Source of the DNA: Epiperipatus broadwayi
Taxonomy: Eukaryota > Animalia > Onychophora
DNA length: 64,000 bases
Assembly (NCBI GenBank): GCA_028023455.1
Contig: JAQFVV010000011.1
Span: forward strand, 310,001-374,000
Direction of reading: 5' to 3'
The first letter of the stretch is position 1, and the number at the start of each line of letters is the position of its first letter. Below the pieces are notes generated by a model. That model did not search any database and was not told the origin of the DNA. It saw only the letters and a program-made list of their open reading frames with translations. Position numbers and translations under genes: made by a program. This document shows positions 12,521-24,454 of this stretch, piece after piece.

Positions 12521-12924
12521 AAAACAGGCAAAACTCTCCATACAGTAGTCAAGTGTTGTTAGTGGAGAGGTCAGTGCAGCTGCCTTGCAAGCAAGCAGTT
12601 GGTTGCAGATGGTTGTTGCAGGTTCGCCTCCCAGCAGAAAAAAAACTCTCCATACAGGAGTGCCATTCAGTGCCAACCACAGTAATCAATGGATGCCAGA
12701 AAGCTTGTGCATAAAATCCCTATCTAGTGCCTATTCATCCAATATCTTCTAGTCTGGGGATATTGGATGAGTAGGCACTAGATAGGGATTTTATGGACAA
12801 ACCTTCTGGCATCCATTTATTACTGTGGTTGGTATTGAGTGGCATTATTATATGGAGAGTTTTGCCTGTTTTAATAACAGTAATGTGCTAGCATAAGAAA
12901 TAGTGATCATGTGATGTTTAGTGG
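12521..12924. mobile_element. Family A palindromic insertion lacking the HHR core
   Basis: An inverted arm ending atccaatatc is joined (~12746-12750) to ctagtctggggatattgg. 16-bp TSD tttaactttttatctt at 12505-12520 and 12925-12940. Confidence 0.9.
12546..12641 (+). mobile_element. tRNA-Gly-derived SINE (family C, TGC subtype) nested in family A
   Basis: tRNA-like body with an A-tail and a 16-bp TSD aaaactctccatacag at 12530-12545 and 12642-12657. Confidence 0.8.
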
Positions 12925-15509
12925 TTTAACTTTTTATCTTCTGAGTACTACATATGTTTCATGCATGGTTTTTATATACCATTTGACAACTGTAAATTGC
13001 AAATAATATGAAATAGGGGTACTTAGGGATAATCCCAGACAACAAGTTTGATTATAGATATTAAATTTTTTTTAATAAATCCTTATAAATTTCTACTAAC
13101 TTTAAACAAATAGTAATAAATGTATTATAAATTAGTTAAATATTGAATCTGTGACCTTAATGAATGAAAGATTAACCCGAACCTTAAAACTAACTCCAAC
13201 CCTAACACTAACCCTAATTTATAATATATATTGCTATTCTTTTTTTTTTTAAATTAGCAGGAATTTATAATCGATTTATTGAATATTTTTTTTAAATATC
13301 AGCAATCAACCTTGGTGCTTGGGATTGTCTGTAAGAACTGAATAGGGTTTCAAAGAAAGGCCAAATCCAACACCATGATTTTTCCCAATTTTTAAACTTA
13401 TACCATATGATAAATAAAAAAAATATTTGAAAGACAAAAGAATATGAAGAAGAAAAAAATAAACAAAGCAAATTAATTGTCAACTTTAAGTAAGCAACTT
13501 CCTGGAAAGAAGTATGGAAGATGACATAAGGAAGTATGTTATGAAAATGTCGGGAAAAGTTTAGGGAGGCGAGATGATGAAAAATCAATGATTGATTTTT
13601 TAAAAAATGGAAACAAAAATGTATCATTATTAAATTATGAACTACTTGGCAAAGTCATAGCAAACTAATAAGTGAAATTTTTTGTCATTAAAAAAAATGT
13701 AGTTAGACTTTTTTTTAATTATAAATATCTTGAATTTACATTAAATAATGCAGTGGTAAAGGGGTGATCCTAGAACTAAGGTGTGACTGGATTTTCACTT
13801 GAGTCAAATAAAATGGCAATATTCGGTTTAGTCAGTTGAATTGTTCTAAACCCATTATTTGACTAAGAAACATCCTGCTAGACTACAAGTTATTCAAGAC
13901 AGTGGTAGTATTTTTGCAATCAGGTATATTGGTTCGAGCAAATATTCATGTTGAGAAAAAAATAACTTTCAAAAAGCATTAAAAAAAAAAGAATTGATCA
14001 ATAAGGATATAAAACAAAATGAAGATATTTAATTTTTAATGCCTAAAAGTGGGCTGGTGAACTAATATATTAAAAATAAATACAATTTCCAATATATTTA
14101 CGTTTGAACCAGTTTGCTTATAAAAAGTAAAAAGTTTTTATTGTGTACAATCCATTTCATTCCCCCCCCCCCCAGGATTCTTCACTTATGTATACACACA
14201 CACACACACACACTATTAAAACAATAATTCACTTTTTAATAAATATTTGTTGGCTATTGCGTTTTAAGATATGGAATTTTAATTTTAAAATGGTGGTGAT
14301 CCTATCTGCTTTATTCAGCTTGTTGAATACAATAGTATATTATCTTAAAAAGGATTGTTAAATATATTTTATTGGTGAGAATATAATTTTGATTGAAATG
14401 TGTAGTTGGGCTTTATAAATGTGTAGTTGGGCTTTAAAATAATCTAATTCAATACCTACTTAAAGAAGTAAGTGTAAACCATATTATTTTTAGGTTATAG
14501 AAAGTTATAGGTTGTTACTAAATTAGGAATTTCACAGTCACTTCATTTACTGCAGTATGCTAATTAATTATAATGGTGTACTACAAGATCTATGCATTTG
14601 ACCCACTTCTACAGTCCATTCTCACTATTGAAAAGTAAAGTTATTTGTATATAATGTAATACAAAAACAATTATGATTCTAACAATTTGAAAACAGTGGA
14701 GAATGAAAAGTGTAATATCATCAATCTAAAAAATTGTGAGATACTTTACCATTTACCATATTGATTTATCTCTAATCAACAGATATTTGATGGTAGTTGA
14801 TTGTTTGCAATCATCCATTCAAAGGAGATCTAGTTTTTGTAAGTTATGGATGATTTCTACATTTATTATAAAAGTTTCAAATATATTTTGAAAAAATTCC
14901 ATGACACATTTTTATTATACAAATGTTAATTGAAATATTAATGATATGTAGTGATATAGCTTCAAAAATGGACTCTAGAACAAATGTCCTGAAGTTTCCC
15001 TCCCTCTATCAACCTCAAAATGTTAACTTTTATTCTTAGTCATTTTCATTATTTTTAAAAATTAAAGTTATTTATTAAAATCCATTTTAAAAATTCTCTT
15101 CTTGTCTTTATAAAATAACTAATTACTTTTGTAACACATTACATAGGGCTGAATGTAGTTAATAGAATTATATCTTTTAATTTAGTTTTTGTCTAATTAT
15201 AATTAGAATATGTTATTTATTCAAATCGCAGAGCACAGCCTTTCCATGAAAAATACTAAAACGAAACGCAAAAAATAAATAGTTATTCATATATGTTTTG
15301 ATAATATTATTTGTATAATATATTGTTCTTATTATAGTGTAAAATGCCATTTTGCATTATGATAAGTGTAATCAGAATAAAATAAATTTTAAAATTGGTT
15401 AAAATAAATAATAAATGTTTATTTAAATTTAATTATTCCTAGTGTGAACAATATAAAATATATTAAATATAATTAACAAATATTCTTATATTGAAACAGA
15501 AAAAAGTAG

Positions 15510-16046
15510 GTTATGCTGAAGGCTTGTGATGATGGTATTTTAGTTGTATTTATATATTGGATTATTTCCAAATGTAATATTAAATATTAAATGTCTTTAG
15601 AAAAAAATTAACTTTATTTAATTTTTCTAATTATGTTTAACTGCTAGTAACAGCACAAAGGTTAGTATATGCACAAAGTTTTGAGAGATATTATTCTCCT
15701 CTCTTCTTTAGTTGTTGCTTATCTAATCAATGACCAGGTCTGATTCCCATGCTGGTACACTGGTCAGGCCAGCACCACCTGAAGAAGAAAAGAGAATAAT
15801 ACCTCTCAAAATGGTGTGCATTTTTACTAACCTGTGTGCTATTACTAACAGTTGAATGTCACTGGTCAGGCTATCAACACCTGAAGAAGAGAGGAGAATA
15901 ATATCTTTCGAAATGTTGTGCATATACTATCCTGTTTGCTATTATTAACAGTTGAATATAATTGGAAAATTTAAATAAAGTTGAATTTGTCTAAAGACAT
16001 TCACTACTTAATATTAGATGATGGAAATAGTCCAATATATAAATAC
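15510..16046. mobile_element. Family E (PLE terminal repeat) inverted pair with tandem HHRs
   Basis: 15510-15720 is the antisense of E. 15731-16046 is sense E with a B-box remnant and two HHR units 102 nt apart. It is homologous to 22386-22600, and a weak 6-bp TSD (aagtag) is present. Confidence 0.85.
15878..15920 (+). ncRNA. Minimal hammerhead ribozyme, family E (PLE type)
   Basis: cac CTGAAGA a GAGAG gagaataatat CTTTC GAAA tg TT | gtg. The copy consensus is GAAACGTT (palindrome AACGTT), which has been eroded by CpG-type changes. Confidence 0.65.
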
Positions 16047-16269
16047 AAGTAGATTTTGTGTTATTATTTGTGTGTTGTAGTAAAACACTTCCCAATTTAA
16101 ATAAAATATTTCTGGTAAGGGGTGACCAAAAATATTTTGCTAATGTTTTTTATGTATTGGCTTGTCTAAGGAGAGAAAATTTGTATAATAGAATATACAT
16201 TTTTTTAACTGAGATTATCCTGAAGGCAATTTAGAATAATGGGCTTAAAAAGCAAAAGATACCTGAATC

Positions 16270-16620
16270 AAATCTCAAATTATTACTTGTGTGAGCTATT
16301 GTCATGTGACTTCCTAAACAGTTAACAATTTACTTATTATTTGTTTAATCAAAGCTCAACTTTTACTTGTAGTGACTCAATGTCATGTGTATTCCTAAGC
16401 AATTTATTTGCATAATCAAAGCTCCACCTATTTCTAGTGATCCAGTGTCATATGACTTTGTAAGCAATTAACCATTTAATTATTAATTGCATAACAAAGC
16501 TCAACTTATTGCTTCTGCTCCTAAGCAATTAATCATTTTTAATCAAAACTCCAACTTATTATTTCTGGTGCTCCAGTGTCATGGGACGCCATAAGAAATT
16601 AATTATTCATTATTATTTGT
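16270..16620. repeat. Degenerate tandem repeat, unit ~60-70 bp, about 5 copies
   Basis: Recurrent tcaaagctc(a)actta..gtga(c)tc(c)a(g)tgtcat(g)tgact..taagcaatt. Confidence 0.7.
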
Positions 16621-16679
16621 TTAGTAATATGTTTAGTTCTATTTCCCTTTCCTCCTTTATTTACATGGATAATGATTAA

Positions 16680-16832
16680 ACACTAAAACATCACATGATC
16701 ACCATTTCCTCTATTTACACAAGCTGTTTAAACAGTAGCAAACTCTCTATACAGCAGGCAACTTAATGCAAACCTTGCATCTAGTGATTACTAGAGCTTG
16801 CACTGAGTGGCACTACTGTATGGAGAGTTTGT
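16680..16832. mobile_element. Fold-back remnant of the family A tail
   Basis: Starts with the reverse-complemented A end (cactaaaacatcacatgatcac). aaactctctatacag and ctgtatggagagttt form an inverted pair. Confidence 0.65.
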
Positions 16833-16849
16833 TAACAAAGTGACAATAC

Positions 16850-17078
16850 AGAAAGTGAGTTATTAGTTTTTATGCTGGGTTTGCAAAAAGATAAGGGGGA
16901 TTTAGATTTAAAGGCCATGGAGTTGACAAAGATTATGTTGTGGAAATGGGATGGGGCAGAATATGGGAAGACTTAGAGTGGGGAATGGAAAATAAAGTGA
17001 CTAACAGGTTTATCTGGGCATAGTTGCTGAGATATTCTTGACTTCGTTTAAGGAGAAGCCAAATACATCACATCACAT
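16850..17078 (+). mobile_element. 3' UTR fragment of LINE family H
   Basis: Reverse-complement match to ~2010-2240, ending in catcacatcacat. Confidence 0.7.
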
Positions 17079-18876
17079 ACTGTAATAATGATTAAGATAA
17101 AAGTTTATAGTTTGCTGGAAAATATGATATCTGTACAGATTTTAGGATGTTAATGAGAGAAATTCAAATGCAAATTTTTTAGAAACTGTTTTTCCACTAT
17201 AACAATTTTCATGCAATCTATTAAGGCTACATATTTTTTGACATGCAGTATATTTCAAATCCTAATAGCCATTAATTTGAGGTGGGGACATTTTAACTAA
17301 TATTAATAATATTGAATAATATATAGAAAGATTTAAAATCTTGACATACTTAATTTTTATGTTATGGTTATTTTATTTTTTGTATTGTAGTTTATGCATT
17401 GATAAATATTACTTTAGTAGAATATTTTGTAAACCAGGAAAGTTTCATTAGTGATTGAATAATTGGTTAAATTGTTAAGCAAATATTATTATTAATATAT
17501 CAGAACAATGTGAGATTATATCTACATAAGTCCTTATAGATATCATTATATATATATTATCATTATATATTTAATTAAAATATTTAATGAATTATCAAAC
17601 AGAAAAGGACTCGTATTTGTTTTCATTAAAATCGAAGATAAATAAATTTAAATAGAATATATTAAATTTAATTTGTAGTGATAAATATAATATTTTTTTG
17701 TGTTTTATTTAAATACTCTAACACAAACCTATGATTTAATTCTCTATTATCTAATGTGTACTAGTATGGTATATATATAATATATCAATCAGTTATGTGA
17801 TTTAATACATTACAGAACTTTATCTTATAATATTATTAATAAGTGCATTTAAGCGCCCTCTATTAGCTCATTATTTAACTAATAAGAATCAAATTCTGAA
17901 TTGTGACATGTGATAATCTAAAACTCACTGGACTATTCTTATTTGTATTTAATAAGGTTGAGGTCTGCCACATTTTATGAAAGAGGGATCACAGATTCAG
18001 AATTTGGTTATTGCATAAAATTTTACATCTTAGTTAAACAAAGAGTTAGCTATTAAATAGTACTTAAATGCATTTCATTAACAAAAACATAAAATATGAA
18101 AATCTAGTAAGTCTCATCAGGAATTAGGCTAATATTCAATGCCTTGTATGTGTAATAACAATCAAAAGATGTAGGTCATATAACTAAGATGAAATTAGAG
18201 GTGATAAAATTACACACCTCACACAAATAAGAGGATATGATATGTATAGAATAAATAATGGAAAAGAATAGCTAGAAGAAAAATTAAGTAAACATGATTT
18301 GGGAGCGAATGGTAAACTAGTAATGAATTTTTATAAATTAAAGAAAATATAGTTGGTCAAAATTTAGAAGAACCAACAAAACAAAAATTTCTCTGCAAAT
18401 GCAAAAAAGAAAATATTACATGATCCCAGCTTACACTGAGCAAATTATATTACTCTCATTCTGCCACCTATTGTAAGTTTGATTAATTAATAGCTACAGA
18501 ATAATGCTTATTAAATTACTATTTAGTGCTGTCATGTCAATATTTGCAAAATACTTTCTGGCTTATAGCTTTGTCAGTGAGTAATTTTGCAGCTAGGTTT
18601 TTTTGGAGGTGCAAGACCATAAGCCAAAAACTAACCTGGGGTGTTAGAACAGCATTGCATAGAAATTAAATAAGCATTTAACAACTAAAATGATGAATAT
18701 TCTGTGATTAGAGGGAATTGAAGAGGTAATAAGGAAGTTGTTATAACAAGGATTTTATTTAGTAGATAAGTAATTATGATTTATTTAGAAAGTTTGGAGC
18801 ACAAGGAACTGAAATTGAAAAAAATAATGTGCATGACTATAATAAGAAAGAAAGACTAAATTCATTAAAATGTCGA

Positions 18877-19262
18877 TTATAAATTTATTAAACGCACATT
18901 GATTACGTAAGTAATATTTACTGAGGCTATAACCTCGAGAATATGCATATGTTTAACCACAAGCTTATGCTATGGAAGAAAAGAGGGGAACCCTTCTTTA
19001 CTTCAACCTACTTTCTATTTAAATAGGTGAAGCTGAAATGGTTAGATCTGCGAGCGTGAAGCTATTCAATACTTCACTGATTAAGTCCACATTTCTTATT
19101 ACACATTAATATTCGCGAAATTTTTTGATTTACAATGAGTCAATGGAAAGATTTTATAGTTAGAAATCTATTACAGTAATTTAAAGTTGTAATTATAAAT
19201 TTATTAAATGCACATTGATTATGTAATATTTACTGAGGCTGTAACCTCGAGAATATACATGT
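18877..19262. repeat. Pair of ~75-bp direct repeats about 315 bp apart
   Basis: ttataaatttattaaa(c/t)gcacattgatta..gtaatatttactgaggct(a/g)taacctcgagaatat occurs at ~18877 and ~19193. Confidence 0.8.
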
Positions 19263-19357
19263 AAAATGCGATAGTAGGGACCTCTACTAATTTTAATAGC
19301 ACACAAATAACTTATTACTGCTTGAGTAAATAACATGCAGAATTATAATCATATCAT

Positions 19358-19700
19358 ATCACTGAATATTCTCGTTAGTATCTCAGAATTATTTTGCAGG
19401 CAGACTCAAAATGAATCACTTTTTAATAAACTTGCAGATGTAATTTTATCACTGAATATTCTCGTTAGTATCTCAGAATTATTTTGCAGGCAGACTATAA
19501 ATGAATCACTTTTTGATAAACTTGCAGATGTAATTTTATTTCTCATATATCAATGCCCATTTATTCAATCTGATAAAAGGCACATAAGACTGAATGAATG
19601 GCCATTGATAAATGAGAAGTAAAATTGTATTTGCAAGTTTATTAAAAAATGATACATTATGAGTCTGCCTTGCAAAATAATTTTGAGTAATGCATTAGAA
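19358..19700. repeat. 90-bp tandem duplication plus an inverted copy (fold-back)
   Basis: The unit starts at 19358 and again at 19448; its reverse complement lies at ~19620-19700. Confidence 0.8.
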
Positions 19701-20389
19701 TGAAAATGTTCTATATGATTAAATTGCAGATAGATATACTTAGACCAAGAGTGTAGAAAAATATCTTAATTGCATTGTCTTCCACTCAAAATATATGGAT
19801 TTAAAAAGAATTCAATTGTAAAGTCCCCATTCAGCAAAAATTTGAGAAAGGAAAGCATTTATAATAATAATCCTATCGTGTAAAAGAAATGAAGTTTAAT
19901 TTCCTATGCATTTTTTAAAACTGGAGGAAGAAGCTGATGTATATTAACTGATTGATAATGTAAAAAGTCTCTAATTGATATTGGAGTGCCAAGAATTAGA
20001 AAAAATAATTAAGTTTGATTGCGTCTTAATGATGTAAGAGCTTATTCTCTAAAGTTGCGATATTAAAATAAATTATAGCCATGACAATAATATACTACCA
20101 TTGAGGATAATTAAAATATTGCTTTGATGTGGAAAAACTATGTATTTAAATAAGCACTTACAGTTTTTCCTGTTAGAAAAATATCTATCAGATATCCAAT
20201 TCAAGAGTTTATACTAAAATACTATTTTTGTTTGAATTTAGTATTTTGCATCAGGCTATTGTTATTAAAAAAAATATTGTTTTCAATTAATTTTAAATTC
20301 AATTTATTTAAGATGTTCAATCCCTCTTTTATTCATTTTGTGTTGCATACATTAAATTTTTTACAAAACTGCACTTCCAGGCACTTTCC

Positions 20390-20990
20390 ACAATGCTTGA
20401 GGTTTCGACTGTCTAGCAGTCTTTCTCAGATCTAAAAAATATTTGTATTATATTATTTTATTGCATAAAACACTATATATATATTTAAAATATTTTATAT
20501 AATGATAAATATATAATAATAATGCTATGAATCGATATCTGTATTTCTTCAAAATAATATACATAAACTTATAAATAAATATTAGAAAATACAGTAATTA
20601 AAATTTGTTAAAAAGAACAAAAAATATAAATGACACTTAGAAGCACTTTCAAATATCCTTGTAGTCTTTGTCAACTAATACTTTGAAAGATCAACTTTCA
20701 CATTTATTGATAAATATATAGGTATGTGTACAGATAGATATAAACCAATTCATGGACTAAACAAATCTGAATACATGATTAAAATAATTCATAAACTAGA
20801 TTCTTTGAGAATCTAGCTTGTGAATTATCCAAGTAGTATATTCAGACTTGTTTGTTCCATATTCTTATATTCTTAGCATTACATGTTTGAATATATGTAA
20901 AATTATTGTATGTTTTATATAATAAAATGTAATACAATTGTTTTTTAGATCTGAGGAAAATTGCTAGGCAGTCAAAACTATTGTAAAGAA
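20390..20990. mobile_element. Divergent inverted pair of family I elements with degenerate HHR-like cores
   Basis: Minus 20400-20440 reads ttttttagat CTGAGAA a GACTG ctaga CAGTC GAAAC; plus 20941-20985 reads ttttttagat CTGAGGA a aattg ctagg CAGTC aaaac. The adjacent ~100 bp are also inverted homologues. Confidence 0.6.
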
Positions 20991-21172
20991 ATTAAATAAA
21001 GCATTATAAAAAATGCATAAAAGTAATGATTTTTTAAAAAAAATCAATTTATATTAAAAGTCAATTATAAAATATCTTTTATTAAAGTTATTCACTTCGT
21101 TTAGTTTGGATTTGTCTTATTTTGAAATTTAAGTATTGTATATATATATATATATGTTGGTAAATAATAACT

Positions 21173-21415
21173 AACTCAGATTATATGTAACTAACAGGAA
21201 GTAACTGAAGCTTCCAATGAGATAACGTAAATAAACTTAGCATATATAAGAGATAAATAGTACCAGCTATCTTTTGAAGACCTTATTTACATCATATAGC
21301 TCATCAGAAGCTTTAGTTACTTCCTGTTCAGTTACATATCATCATCACTGTCAACCATTATCAATCCACTGCAGGATGAAGATCTCTCCAAGTTCTGTTA
21401 CGTATAATCTGAGTT
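21173..21415. repeat. MITE-like fold-back containing a nested 52-bp RTE 3' tail
   Basis: Arms aactcagattatatgtaac..caggaagtaac and gttacttcctg..gttacgtataatctgagtt. The insert 21340-21391 matches the RTE tail at ~63600-63650 and is flanked by the imperfect TSD gttc(a/t)gttac(a/g)tat. Confidence 0.7.
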
Positions 21416-22576
21416 TCAGATATTAAAACAGGTTTTATATTTAGAGGTTGTTTATACTAAAGCTTGGCTTTGATCCTCTGAATGTTGAAGTGGTGATTAT
21501 TATCATTTATTCTCTCTCTATATATATATATTCAGTAGATTAAATTTACTCCCTCATTTAAAATTACATAAATAAACTAAACATATGTAAGAACAAATGC
21601 TAAAGGACAAGTAGTATCATCCATTTTTTGGAGAGTTTATTTATATTATGTAGCCCATTGGAAGCTATATTTGTGTTTAATAAAATAATTTTAGTAGCAC
21701 TGAACCTGTAATCAATAGACAAATTAAAAATATAAAAAGAAATAAGGTGCTATTAAGATTTCTGTTGTAAAATATGGATTGTATTACGTTAGAGATTACT
21801 GGTAAAAGTGAAAACTACTCATTTGGAGATATATAAATTCCAGAATTGAGCACACCAATTCAACTGATTAGCTATGTCTAATGTTAAAACTATGATCTAG
21901 TCAAAGAAAATGATAAATGTAAGAAATAAAATGACTAGCTATTGTACAACTCTACATAATAATTTTAGATGACTTATGGTTTTTAGATATAGCGATAAAC
22001 ATGATGGCATAGGTATTGCTTTGGATATAAGAACTGAAGACAGTTTTTAAAGTAACACATAAATGATAGCTTGATGAAAGTTAGATTTAAAGGAATGTAC
22101 TCATGATGTCAAATAGTGATGATGATCTGGAGATAGAAATTGTTCAAGACCAGTTCTCTTCACCTATTCTTGAAGCACTTACTATAAGTCTGATTAACGT
22201 ATGGATACCAAATGATATAATGCTTCAATATTATCATCCCCAGACATGTTTTAGTATGAGGACTAGAATTCAAAGCTGGAACTAATGCCCTTATGCATTG
22301 AGAGCCATTTTCTTTACACTATACTGTTCAATCTAATCCTGAAAACTTTTTTCCTGTGCAATTATGTAAATCTGATACAAGGTTATTTTTGTATTGGACT
22401 ATTTCCATCATTTAATATGAGTATTGAATGTCTTTAGAAAAAAAATAACTTTATTTAAATATTTCAAATACATTCAACAGTAGTAATAGCACATTAAACA
22501 GGTTAGTATATGCCCAATGTTTTGAGAGATATTATTCTCCCCTCTTCAAATGTTGCTGGCCTGACCAGTGACAGTA

Positions 22577-22660
22577 CTAGCATGGGATTCAAACCTGGAC
22601 CCTTAGATTCTTGAGTATTGAATTTTAAAGTAATGCTCTAACCAACTGAGCCATCCTGCC
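22577..22660 (-). promoter_or_regulatory. tRNA-like Pol III internal promoter module inside the PLE 3' repeat
   Basis: A box TGGCTCAGTTGG (22653-22642) and B box GGTTTGAATCC (22595-22585). The B-box half is also linked to the HHR in the independent copy at ~15731. Confidence 0.65.
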
Positions 22661-22739
22661 AAAGGCAACAGTCAATAGAAATTTTATATCTATGAGGTTC
22701 TTTCTGATTTCTCCACTTTTTCCTAAGAGCAAAGTTGTT

Positions 22740-23442
22740 TAGTAGTTTCCATACATTATGTATAGGCACACTAGGTTGGCTTGTGGGATTTTTTGCCATT
22801 GGTATGTGAGCAGCTTCTTTAAATTATCTTTTTTGTACCTTTTCTTCTCTATCCAATATTTTTGTATTTTCCCAATTACACATATGTTCATTGGCACATA
22901 CATTGTCTGCTACCTTAGACATATCTGTTTTCCCTCTTCTAATCATCAGTTTGTGTTCTTGCAAGCACTTTTCAATGGGGTGACTGGTCTCACCAATATA
23001 TTTTCTTCCACATCCACATAGTATTTCATAGATGCAGTTTTTTTCTTTTAAGCATTTCAAGTTTAGGCTTGTAGATGTTATAATTCCTCATAGTCAGGTA
23101 TGGTTCTGGAAAGCTGTTCTGAGGTTGTACTGATTTGCAGATTTTCCTTAATTTGTCTATTTTTGGAATGTATGGGTTCACTACAGTACCAATAATTGTC
23201 TTTTCTTTTGATAGTTCTTTTTGTCATCTATTTAACATTTTCTTAATAACAGCTGATGGATAACATCTTTCATAAAAGTTTGCCCCCCCCCTCAAATTGA
23301 ATGTTTCTGAACAAACTTCTTTTGCTCTGTTCCATAATGATAGTATAACTCCATGTTTTGTGTTTCTGGTGTGATTGGATGTATAGGCTAGGTATTTTCC
23401 TGTATGTGTAGGTTTTTGATAAACTGTAGTTTTAATTTTCAC
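22740..23442 (-). pseudogene. PLE RT thumb plus GIY-YIG endonuclease remnant (frameshifted)
   Basis: TTVYQKPTHTGKYLAYTSNH..K..VILSLWNRAKEVCS, CYPSAVIKK, and CIYEILCGCGRKYIGETSHPIEKCLQEH..WENTKILDRE, typical of Poseidon-like PLE ORFs. Confidence 0.9.
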
Positions 23443-23749
23443 AAACCTTCAGGAAAACATTGATACAAGGTTAGTTTTTTTTTTCATTTTAGGACCTTCA
23501 GGTTCATCAAACAAGTTAGCTTGGATTCAAAGTATTAGAATTTTTATTTAAAATTTCTAGTTATTAGCTTGAATGATATAAGGAAATAAAAGATAGCTCC
23601 TAGATGTTTAAGTGCATTACTTCCAGCAGTGAATTTTAGTTCTAATGAAAACAAAAGCCAGAAGTCAATCTGGGAATAGGAATATTATAGTATTATAGCA
23701 TCTGATGTCCATTGATTATACAAATGGTGGAATAGGGTGAGGAAAGTTG

Positions 23750-23970
23750 CTTTTGAAAGCACACGAGAAAGTCATGTGATATTGTTGTCAATAAAAGTCA
23801 TACATGAAGAAATTGAAGAAGCATTTGAAAATATAAAAGTATAATAGTAATAGGAGAATGAAATGTTACAGTGGAACAGGGAAGCAATAATAAAGTGATA
23901 AGAGATTATGGATTAATAGTAGGAAAGGATAGAGGTGAATGATTTGATTAGTTTTAGTATAAAAAAAAGT
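23750..23970 (+). pseudogene. Highly decayed RTE-like AP-endonuclease fragment
   Basis: Broken-frame EEIEEAFENIK..VIGE*NVTVEQGSNNKVIRDYGL..DRGE*, resembling the RTE APE motif GDWNA.VG..G.YGLG.RNERG. Confidence 0.45.
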
Positions 23971-24454
23971 ACATATGTAATCATAATAGTAATAATAATG
24001 TCAGCAACAAGAACACCAGCAGCAGCAACACCACCACCATCAACAACAATAACAACAACAAAAAACATGATTCAGAAGTTGTAAGAAGAATTTATACATG
24101 GAAAAATCCAGGTATCAGATTTTGGTTTAAATTATATTTCAGTACAGAATAAGTTTAGGAACATCATTAGGAATACATTTGTACATTTCAAAATGGTAAT
24201 AAAATTGATATTGTTTTTTTTTTTAAATAAAATCTTGAGTCAAAAAAGAAATGAGCATTGATAAAGAGGCTGTTAGGGGACTTTTAATTTATTGCTTAAA
24301 AAAATAAACACAATAATTAGTTGATTATTAAGATGAGATCATGATTACAAATGGAATATGAGGTGATAGAAGAATTATAAAAGAAACATTTGATTTTAAT
24401 ATATAATAAAATAATTTGAATGGAAAAAGCAAATTCCATTGAAATAAAAAAAGA

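Larger units (their letters stand above)
22386..23460 (-). mobile_element. 5'-truncated Penelope-like element with a 3' family E repeat and an inverted tail
   Basis: 13-bp TSD tgatacaaggtta at 22373-22385 and 23461-23473. In element orientation it carries an inverted E tail (23439-23458), an ORF remnant, a tRNA-like module, a degenerate HHR (22511-22555) and the E tail. Confidence 0.9.

Noticed and set aside
8400-13640. Further very old RTE-like patches (~8560-8900, 10830-10990, 13300-13640, also ~21950-22200)
   Set aside because: Only faint motif resemblance, and boundaries cannot be defined by eye.
18180-18480. Cys-rich CKCKKENIT motif suggesting an integrase-type transposase C-terminus
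   Set aside because: Too short and decayed to support a call.
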